This document shows, piece by piece, positions 35,284 through 42,340 of a stretch of DNA of 47,463 nucleotides. Position 1 is the first letter of the stretch, and each line of letters opens with the position of its first letter. The notes beneath the pieces are model-generated. The model was given only the letters and a program-made list of their open reading frames with translations, did not search any database and had not been told where the DNA came from. The position numbers and the translations under genes are program-made. The DNA is from Chthoniobacterales bacterium. GTDB taxonomy: Bacteria > Verrucomicrobiota > Verrucomicrobiia > Chthoniobacterales > CAKUMP01. The stretch lies in contig JBGTCP010000593.1 in NCBI GenBank assembly GCA_041748815.1, positions 1 through 47,463 on the forward strand, in the 5' to 3' direction.

Positions 35284-35514
35284 ATGAGCAAAAATCTCGA
35301 CCTTTCCCTTGCGCTCGTCCGCGATGCTGCTGCATCTCGGGGCGATTCACATAATTCGATCGACGAAGCAGTAGGGGCGATCTGCCGCGCACTTCATGAG
35401 ATCACGAGCGATGAGACTGATAGCGACACGCTTCTTGAGAAGTTTACCATTGTCGCTGCATCGGCCTTGGTTGCCATTGAGCATCTCATCGAGACAGAAC
35501 AGGAGGAAGACTAA
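35284..35514 (+). CDS. Small acidic hypothetical protein (76 aa)
   Basis: First ORF of the plus-strand chain. Its stop overlaps the next start (TAATG at 35512-35516). An AGGAGGA Shine-Dalgarno for the next gene lies inside its 3' end. Confidence 0.45.
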   Translation: MSKNLDLSLALVRDAAASRGDSHNSIDEAVGAICRALHEITSDETDSDTLLEKFTIVAASALVAIEHLIETEQEED

Positions 35515-36893
35515 TGAAGGGGGCCTGGACCAAAGAGGAGTTCGAGGAGACATTGCGTTTGCTTGGGATGGGATTGACGCCTGCCCAGATCGGGCGCAGT
35601 CTCGGACGTTCGGAAACCGCTGTGCGGCTAAAAGTCATCAAGGCTGGATATTCCTCCCGCGTGGTAGATCCGGGGGCAGCAAAGCCGTCATCATCATCTC
35701 TGGAAGGGGATGGATCAACTCCTGCTAACCCTGCTCCACGGTCTGAGCCCAGTGCGGGGGGTGAAACATTTCATTCCGGAGTATCTCTCGAGGCTGCCCA
35801 TGAATTGCTGGATATGCGGGACGAACGAACACGCAACCGTCGCGAACGTGCAGAGGCTATTGAAATCGCTCAGCGTGATCGGTTGCTCGATATTTTCAGG
35901 GAAGCCGTTTCAGGTTGCCTCATTGATTACAGGATTCACCCGCCGCAGCGCTCGGCACCGCAGCCGACCTCAGCGCACGCGGCAGTGCTGCTGCTCGGCG
36001 ATCTTCATGTTGGCAAGGTTTGCTCGGAGGCAGAAACCGAAGGACGTGCAATTTATAATCCCGCACATTTCGTCGCCCGACTCGCTCTGCTTGAGAGGGA
36101 AGTCCTGCAATTGATTGAGGACGGTCCAGCAGTCGATGAACTTGTCATCCTCTTTCTGGGAGATGTGGTGGAAGGCCATTTGGATCATGGCGCAGAGAAG
36201 GAAGATAATCTTTTAATTTCCCACCAATTTGTGTTGGCGACGCACCTGCTCTCACAATTCCTGTTGAGAGTCGCTAGTTCTGTCGAGACGGTGCGGGTAT
36301 ATGGGGTCGGTGGCAACCATGCCCGCTGGCCGGGACAGAGACGTCCACCCACGGTCGGGCGCGAGAGCAACCTCGACCACCTTGTTTATCGTGGGATTGA
36401 AATGATCGTGGAAATGGCGGATGCCAAACATATCCGGTTTTGTCTCAGTGAGGCTCCACGGCAGACTTTACAGGTCAAGACATCCACCATCGCTCTGCTA
36501 CACGGGGATCAAATCAGGGGAGGGGATTTCTACGTGAACGGCATCAAGCGAGAGGTATTCTCTTCGGTTCTCCGCCATGCGCCAAGCGGGAACATGCCAG
36601 ATATCTGGATCGCCGGCGACAAACACGTTCCGCAGTCTATGAGTGTTGGTTTAGGCCGCTGGTTGATCAATGGATCATTTGTGGGAGAAGACACTTTTGG
36701 TCAAAACTTTTCTCCCGCCAGCGCATCCCAAACTCTGCTTTGGATTTGTCCAAGTAAGGGCAAGTTCCTTCAAGCCGAGATCCGCCTGGATGGAGCCGTT
36801 CCAAGTGATCCCCAGCCGTATCATTTGAGCGCGAAACTCACTGAACTCATATCACCATTCGTCCGTCAAAACACCATCTATGAAAACAACTGA
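35514..36893 (+). CDS. Myb/SANT-like HTH fused to a calcineurin-type metallophosphoesterase
   Basis: N-terminus AWTKEEFEETLRLLGMGLTPAQIGRSLGRSETAVRLKV. Phosphoesterase motifs are LLLGDLHVG, LFLGDVVEGH, GVGGNHARW, ALLHGDQ and IAGDKH. Confidence 0.75.
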   Translation: MKGAWTKEEFEETLRLLGMGLTPAQIGRSLGRSETAVRLKVIKAGYSSRVVDPGAAKPSSSSLEGDGSTPANPAPRSEPSAGGETFHSGVSLEAAHELLDMRDERTRNRRERAEAIEIAQRDRLLDIFREAVSGCLIDYRIHPPQRSAPQPTSAHAAVLLLGDLHVGKVCSEAETEGRAIYNPAHFVARLALLEREVLQLIEDGPAVDELVILFLGDVVEGHLDHGAEKEDNLLISHQFVLATHLLSQFLLRVASSVETVRVYGVGGNHARWPGQRRPPTVGRESNLDHLVYRGIEMIVEMADAKHIRFCLSEAPRQTLQVKTSTIALLHGDQIRGGDFYVNGIKREVFSSVLRHAPSGNMPDIWIAGDKHVPQSMSVGLGRWLINGSFVGEDTFGQNFSPASASQTLLWICPSKGKFLQAEIRLDGAVPSDPQPYHLSAKLTELISPFVRQNTIYENN

Positions 36894-37311
36894 AACCCAC
36901 CACCAAACACTCCTCGCCTTGGCCCGGATGCCGCAGGCCGAATTCCTTGATGTCCTATCGCGGGCAAAGCAACTCTACTCACTGCTTTATGCTGAAGCGG
37001 AGTCCGGCGCTCGGCATTCCGAAGATCACGCAGACCCGCGAGGTCCGGGCATTCCGGAATCTCCGGAGGGGATTCGTCGGCGTCCTCAAATGAGGGATCC
37101 TGCACCAGGTTCGCTGCGAGAAACCGTTTATGAGATTTTGCAGCGGCAGGGAGGCCCCATCCAGCGGAAGGAAATCATTGAGCAAGTTGCGGCCATGCGC
37201 GGCGTTCCGGTTTCAGAGAGCTTGAAAGCGGCCACTGGGGAAGTTTTGCGCAATCAGCACGATCCCCACATCAGGCGTGTGGCCACTGGTATTTACGCAT
37301 TAGCCGCATGA
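36880..37311 (+). CDS. HARE-HTH domain protein
   Basis: C-terminal LRETVYEILQRQGGPIQRKEIIEQVAAMRGV...HIRRVATGIYALA fits the HARE-HTH pattern (RpoE-delta/restriction-associated wHTH). 14-nt overlap with the upstream gene. Confidence 0.6.
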   Translation: MKTTETHHQTLLALARMPQAEFLDVLSRAKQLYSLLYAEAESGARHSEDHADPRGPGIPESPEGIRRRPQMRDPAPGSLRETVYEILQRQGGPIQRKEIIEQVAAMRGVPVSESLKAATGEVLRNQHDPHIRRVATGIYALAA

Positions 37312-37655
37312 GGCGAAAGAAACGGGTTCGTTGTTTCCAGGTATGTCGCGAAGTGCGGGGAACGTGGTTTATCGTGGGGTACTGCTCGGGATGGGAGGTT
37401 GATTTTCCGAATTTTATCTTGCTGTCATATCCCTTCAAACGGGAGGAATTTCATTCGCCGCTTGGCAGCATTTCCTGCAGGAGTAAATGGACAGGGTCTT
37501 CAAGGCTTCCTGCACAAACCCATATTATCGATCCGATCCGGCCACAACCTTGGATGGAGATAGAGTATCACGACTTGATGGTAGTGACCGAACTGGTGGA
37601 GTCCCTCGGCCTCGACCTCCCTGAAGATGGCTTTCGCAGACACAGTTCGTCATGA
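37308..37655 (+). CDS. Hypothetical 115-aa ORF bridging the HARE-HTH and ATPase genes
   Basis: ATGA overlaps at both ends (37308-37311 and 37652-37655). The composition is Cys/Arg/Trp-rich and not obviously protein-like, so this could instead be a spacer. Confidence 0.35.
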   Translation: MRRKKRVRCFQVCREVRGTWFIVGYCSGWEVDFPNFILLSYPFKREEFHSPLGSISCRSKWTGSSRLPAQTHIIDPIRPQPWMEIEYHDLMVVTELVESLGLDLPEDGFRRHSSS

Positions 37656-38533
37656 ATTCGCCACGCATTTACAGCTATCAGCACCCCGTTTTTCATGCTT
37701 TGCATGCCACGGCTCGTGTGTTCTTCGGAGGCGCATGGCGATCCCTTCCGGTGCTTCCACGATTTGCCCGGTTTGTGTCTGGACCGACGGGGGCCGGGAA
37801 GTCGCACGTAGTGCGGGAACTTGCCCGGGTTTTGCGCATACCTATCCTTCAGCTCTCGGCTAGTGCGTGGATCCCCCTTGGAGCGAACCGCCGCGGCGCA
37901 GAGGTGACTTGGGTGGACGTGGCTGCTTTTTGCGGGCGAAATCCCCGTGGGATAATTCTGATCGACGAATTGGATAAAGTGCGTGGCGAGTCTCCGTGGC
38001 TGGACGCAATTCGTCCGGAAATTTTCAGCTTGATTGACGGCATTTTTCCTGAACCCGCATTGATCGGAGACGAGGAAAATACTTTTTCGGACAACCCCAT
38101 CGAGAGGGAGAAAATAGTGTGTAGACTCGCTGGAAGCATGCTTGTGATCGGGGCCGGTGCATTTCAATCAGCTTGGGAGCCACAGGCTGGCGTGCTGGGA
38201 TTTCACCCCACAGGGCTTTCGTCCGAGGCTGCGGTTGATCACAAAGTGATGGCTGAGGAAATACCCCGTGAAATTGCGAACCGATTCGTGGCTCCGATTC
38301 TCTGCCTGCCTCAGTTGTGTGAAGAAGATTACCGCTCAATGCTGGATGAAGTGGTCGGGCATCTGCCGCCTGAGTTGGCCACGTCCGTGCAGCGGGTGGC
38401 GCTGAACTCCCTGCATGAGGCAGTCGATCATGCGATGGGGGCAAGGTGGATTCAGCAATCTTTACTCCATGCATTGATCGAGATAGAGGCAGTGGTTGAT
38501 CGTGAATTCACAACGCCTGCCCCGGATTTGTAG
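37652..38533 (+). CDS. ClpX/HslU-like AAA+ ATPase module without N-terminal zinc-binding domain
   Basis: Walker A FVSGPTGAGKSHVVRELARVL, Walker B GIILIDELDKV. MLVIGAGAFQS...GFHP parallels ClpX ILFICGGAF...IGF. EIPREIANRFVAPILCLPQLCEEDYRSML parallels ClpX LIPEFIGRLPV...L. Confidence 0.8.
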   Translation: MNSPRIYSYQHPVFHALHATARVFFGGAWRSLPVLPRFARFVSGPTGAGKSHVVRELARVLRIPILQLSASAWIPLGANRRGAEVTWVDVAAFCGRNPRGIILIDELDKVRGESPWLDAIRPEIFSLIDGIFPEPALIGDEENTFSDNPIEREKIVCRLAGSMLVIGAGAFQSAWEPQAGVLGFHPTGLSSEAAVDHKVMAEEIPREIANRFVAPILCLPQLCEEDYRSMLDEVVGHLPPELATSVQRVALNSLHEAVDHAMGARWIQQSLLHALIEIEAVVDREFTTPAPDL

Positions 38534-38595
38534 GATGCCGCACCGTAAACAAAGAGCTCGCTCGGCACTTCTTTAGGATCTCGAAGGAGATTCAC

Positions 38596-38784
38596 TCATT
38601 CCCCTCGCGGGAATGCCGTTATCCATAGCACCACAAGGCATTCCAGCAGCATGGCTACAACGTAGCAAAGCACGCTCAGAATTCCGGCCACTACGCCGAT
38701 GCTTATCTGGCAAATGCTCAGCCCAACCTGGGTGAATGCCCGCAGCACCAGCACGGCAACCACGATTTGAATAATAATGATCAT
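38596..38784 (-). CDS. Small (62 aa) two-TM hydrophobic protein on the opposite strand
   Basis: MIIIIQIVVAVLVLRAFTQVGLSICQISIGVVAGILSVLCYVVAMLLECLVVLWITAF. GGAG lies 8 nt upstream of the ATG on the minus strand (GGAGAAACACCAATG). Confidence 0.4.
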   Translation of the reverse strand: MIIIIQIVVAVLVLRAFTQVGLSICQISIGVVAGILSVLCYVVAMLLECLVVLWITAFPRGE

Positions 38785-38949
38785 TGGTGTTTCTCCATTT
38801 CAATCGAGATTCCTCTCTCTTCGAATGGGCGCGAAAGCGCTCGGGCTAGACATCCTGATTTTGACTCCGAGCCGCTGAAAAACCGAGTCTCGAAAAAAAG
38901 TTCACTCTTCCACTTGCCCTGCCGCGGCAAAACCCGGAAATCCCCAAGT

Positions 38950-40053
38950 ATGGCACAAAAAACTAAAATTCAATGGTGTGACTCGACGATTAATCCGGTG
39001 ATGGGTTGCGGCGGGTGCGAACTCTATATCTCTCCTGGGGAAATCCTTGCTCATCTCGATCTGGAGATGGCGGGGCATGGCGCATGGCCACAGGGCACGA
39101 GTAGAGATATCTACAGGCAACTGATCACGGAAACATACGAGCGGATCGCCAATCTGATGCCCGGACATTCCAAGTCACTAACCACGACGAATATTTATCA
39201 TTTGCGTAAAGAGTTCCTTGCTGAGGTGGCATCAGGGCTTGGCAAAAAAGCATCCATAGCTGCTGAGCGGGTGATTGGCGAGTCGATCGCATGTTATGCG
39301 GCTAAAAATCACCTCAGCAAAGCACGCTCCATCGTGAACCCCGGGCGTGGTTTTAATACCGGATATGCACCAGCGTTTGAGATGGTGACGCGATTTGAAG
39401 ACCGGGTTTGCAAAGCTGCACTTTACCGCGATCTCCGTGGTCAATCTCGTGCCGACAAGCCGTGGCTCGACGACCTTCCCCGACACATTTTTGTCAGCGA
39501 TATGGGTGACGCCTTTTCGCGGGAGTCCGATTTTGAATTCCTCGAAAAGGAGGTCATCGAACCAATCCGCTCTGTTAGTGGCCAGCGTCACCGTTGGCTT
39601 TGGCTGACCAAGCGTCCGGATCGGATGGAGCGCTTCGGTGAACGGATCAACGGTTTCCCTCCCAACGTGATTGCTATGACCACCCTCACTGGGCCAGGCA
39701 CGCTTAACCGGGTCGATCAACTTCGTCGTGTTTCGGCGGCAAAACGAGGGCTCTCCATTGAGCCGCTCAGGCAAAGAATTTGCGCTTCAGAACTCGACCT
39801 GTCGGGCATCGATTGGGTGATTGTTGGGGGAGAAAGTGGTCGACGCGAACACGTCTGTCCATTCGATCTGGACTGGGCTCGCGAACTCCGCGACCACTGC
39901 CAAGTGAGCGGCGCGGCGTTTTTCTTGAAGCAACTTGGCCGTCGTCCGGTGGAGACTGGCAAGGAGTTCCGATTTCACGATAGTCACGGCGGTGAGTGGG
40001 ACGAGTGGCCGGAAGATCTCAGGTTCCGGGAAATGCCTCTCATTTCCACATAA
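38950..40053 (+). CDS. Phage Gp37/Gp68 family (DUF5131) protein
   Basis: The start MAQKTKIQWCDSTINPVMGCGGCELY matches the family N-terminus (IEWTD.TWNP..GC....GC..CY). The C-terminal DWVIVGGESG block is also typical. The upstream 61 codons of the ORF-track ORF are rejected. Confidence 0.75.
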   Translation: MAQKTKIQWCDSTINPVMGCGGCELYISPGEILAHLDLEMAGHGAWPQGTSRDIYRQLITETYERIANLMPGHSKSLTTTNIYHLRKEFLAEVASGLGKKASIAAERVIGESIACYAAKNHLSKARSIVNPGRGFNTGYAPAFEMVTRFEDRVCKAALYRDLRGQSRADKPWLDDLPRHIFVSDMGDAFSRESDFEFLEKEVIEPIRSVSGQRHRWLWLTKRPDRMERFGERINGFPPNVIAMTTLTGPGTLNRVDQLRRVSAAKRGLSIEPLRQRICASELDLSGIDWVIVGGESGRREHVCPFDLDWARELRDHCQVSGAAFFLKQLGRRPVETGKEFRFHDSHGGEWDEWPEDLRFREMPLIST

Positions 40054-40158
40054 TCGAATAAATGAAGCAACGTTTCGGCAAAGGAGGTTTTTGGGAGTTT
40101 CATGTTTTGGGCTAGAAATTTCTGACATTTGTCAGTTTTTCATTGTCAATAGAGATTT

Positions 40159-40842
40159 ATGTGTCAGGTTTGTGGTATGGCAACCGACGGTCAAAATTTT
40201 AATGCTCGAGTTCCGAACGTGGGAAAGTTTTTTTCTGCACTCAGAGATGGGGCTTCTGAAGAGGTCGTTGGCTGTCTCGCGAGCGCGGGACTGGCCCGTG
40301 AGATCACCAATCGCTTGCCCATGCCCGAGATGGGGCGTGCTGTCGAAGCATTGATTGCCAACCCTGGAACCCTTTTTGCTTCGGACGCTCGAACCGCGGT
40401 CGCTCATATTACTGACGTGCTGCGTCCCTTTTTTAGTGACGCTGAGGAAACCGAAGCTTCAAGGCATCTCAAAAACGCACTACACCGAGCCGCACTCAAT
40501 TTGTCTCAGACTGAGGCGCGAGGTAATTCTGAAGATTACCGACGGGCCCTTCATGTTGAACTTGGATTAAATTTGAACCGGGCAATTCTTTTGGAACCCG
40601 CCAGTGGCTACGTAATGGCAAAACAAAACTTGGATGCCGATGAAGTGAAAGCGTTGTGGAGCCGAGTTGAATCGACCGAGGCAAACAAACTCGGCGACGT
40701 CATCGCGAGTATTTGTTCAAGCCCCAAAGGAAAGCCTTCACACAAATTTACCAAGAGCGTTTCTTTTGGTCCGAAGATTGACTCCAGTTCCCGTGAGTCA
40801 CTTGTTGAAACGGTCTTTGTTCCATTGGAGGAATCAAAATGA
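40159..40842 (+). CDS. Hypothetical helical protein coupled to the QueC-like gene (QatB-position partner)
   Basis: 227 aa with no motifs recognised. Its stop overlaps the ATG of the next gene (ATGA at 40839-40842), and a GGAGGA Shine-Dalgarno for the next gene lies in its 3' end. An alternative start lies at 40177. Confidence 0.6.
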   Translation: MCQVCGMATDGQNFNARVPNVGKFFSALRDGASEEVVGCLASAGLAREITNRLPMPEMGRAVEALIANPGTLFASDARTAVAHITDVLRPFFSDAEETEASRHLKNALHRAALNLSQTEARGNSEDYRRALHVELGLNLNRAILLEPASGYVMAKQNLDADEVKALWSRVESTEANKLGDVIASICSSPKGKPSHKFTKSVSFGPKIDSSSRESLVETVFVPLEESK

Positions 40843-42314
40843 GTGTCACCTTGCAGCTGCCCCTCAGTTTCGACAGACCATCATGGAAGGCGAAGCGCTC
40901 GAAAAGATCGCTCAATGTCTCACGCCCTCTGTATCAATTTGACTTTTCCGGTGAGCAGGGATTTGGCCGCAAAACGATAGGGGCCCCAAGTATTCGGGAT
41001 TTTTATCTCCAGGACTGGATCATTAACCGGGGAATTTTCTCCGCCATCCGTCGAGAGCCATTGTTGCCGTGCCAGGCCGATTGGCTCTCGTTTGCGATGG
41101 CTGTATATTCTGCAGATCGCTTTTCGCCCCGCTTCCCTTTTGGCATCAGAGGGGCACGCTTCTGGCGAAGGTCGATTTCTTTAACGTTGTCTGTTGCCGA
41201 GCCGGATCGTTGGAATGCCGCAAAACTTGATCTGATCCACGCTCTTGAATTCCTTACCGGCGACGACTGGGATTTTGTGTTTCAGACCAGGAAACATGCT
41301 TTCGGCTGTGAAACGCAGGCGCATTTGCCTATGGAAATTCGGCGTAATTTGAGTTCGGTCGCTCTTTTCAGTGGAGGTTTGGACTCGCTGGCGGGAGTGT
41401 TGAACCATTCAGCAATACAACACACCCCTGGACTATTAGTTTCGGGCTTTACGCATGGAAGACTGCGCGATGCACAGGATCGACTTGTTTCGGAACTTCG
41501 ATCTTCATCCGCATTCAACGGAGATCACCTGCCCGTCAAATATTCGCTGACTGCCGTGCTGGATGATTCGGGCATCGAGTCAAGTCAGCGCTGCCGTGGT
41601 TGGATCCATGTCGCTATGGGCTTGCTTGCAGCGCAACTCGCTGAGACCAATGTCCTGCATGTCTTTGAAAACGGAATCGGAGCGTTTAACTTGCCCTGTT
41701 TCCGGTCGCAGTCGGGCAGTCAGTCCAGCATGGCAATGCAGCCTATCTTTCTTCGACGCATTTCCGTGGCGGCATCAAAACTTTTGGAGCAAAGCCTGTC
41801 GGTCGTCCATCCATACGCACTGAGTACCAAAGCGCAGATGCTCGACTCTGTGCCCGTTCGCATGTTCTCGGAAACTATTCAGAATAGCATTTCGTGTGAG
41901 CAATATCCAAACTACCACTCCAAGAAGGAGCAATGTGGGGTGTGTCCGTCGTGCTTGGTCAGGCGATCCGCGTTGTTTTCTGCAAAGCTCTCAGATCCGG
42001 GTGGCCTCTATACTCGTGACGTGATGGTGTCTGGAAGGCCCCGCTCATTGAAAGCTGGACGAGGACTCTTCATGATTGAAAATTTCGTGAGGCGACTTGA
42101 AGTGCTCAAAGGCACTGATAATCAGCTTAATTCCTTCCTGCTGGAATTTCCAGATTTTGCAGAACAGATCCGCGAATCTGCCGAATCACTCAATTTGGGA
42201 GAAGACTTGTTTTTGGCACGTTTCCTTGAAATGCAGAAACGATTTGTCAATGAGTGGGACGAATTTGCTGAAAAAATTCAGGACCTTCGTCACGCCTTGA
42301 AAAGGGCAGCGTAA
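40839..42314 (+). CDS. QueC-like PP-loop ATP pyrophosphatase with ~170-aa N-terminal extension (QatC/Cap9-like)
   Basis: PP-loop VALFSGGLDSLAG (SGGLDS at 41370-41387). The Cys cluster C-x12-CGVCPSCLVRR parallels the QueC zinc site C-x8-C-x2-C-x2-C. HPYALSTKAQM parallels QueC ETPLMWIDKAE. Confidence 0.8.
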   Translation: MSVTLQLPLSFDRPSWKAKRSKRSLNVSRPLYQFDFSGEQGFGRKTIGAPSIRDFYLQDWIINRGIFSAIRREPLLPCQADWLSFAMAVYSADRFSPRFPFGIRGARFWRRSISLTLSVAEPDRWNAAKLDLIHALEFLTGDDWDFVFQTRKHAFGCETQAHLPMEIRRNLSSVALFSGGLDSLAGVLNHSAIQHTPGLLVSGFTHGRLRDAQDRLVSELRSSSAFNGDHLPVKYSLTAVLDDSGIESSQRCRGWIHVAMGLLAAQLAETNVLHVFENGIGAFNLPCFRSQSGSQSSMAMQPIFLRRISVAASKLLEQSLSVVHPYALSTKAQMLDSVPVRMFSETIQNSISCEQYPNYHSKKEQCGVCPSCLVRRSALFSAKLSDPGGLYTRDVMVSGRPRSLKAGRGLFMIENFVRRLEVLKGTDNQLNSFLLEFPDFAEQIRESAESLNLGEDLFLARFLEMQKRFVNEWDEFAEKIQDLRHALKRAA

Positions 42315-42340
42315 ATGCGGACCACACAAGAATCAAATCC

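Noticed and set aside
37568-38474. Minus-strand ORFs of 199, 96 and 149 aa opposite the ClpX-like ATPase gene.
   Set aside because: The plus-strand frame carries Walker A/B and ClpX-like blocks. The antisense translations are Arg/Ser/Pro-rich.
38767-38949. 61-codon upstream extension of the DUF5131 ORF.
   Set aside because: The family N-terminus (KIQWCD...NP..GC) begins right at the internal Met at 38950. The extension overlaps the start of the opposite-strand small ORF.
40839-42314. Calling the PP-loop protein the housekeeping 7-cyano-7-deazaguanine synthase QueC.
   Set aside because: It is about twice the size of QueC because of a ~170-aa N-terminal extension. Its zinc-site spacing is altered. 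There are no queD/queE/queF/folE neighbours, and it sits in an accessory island.
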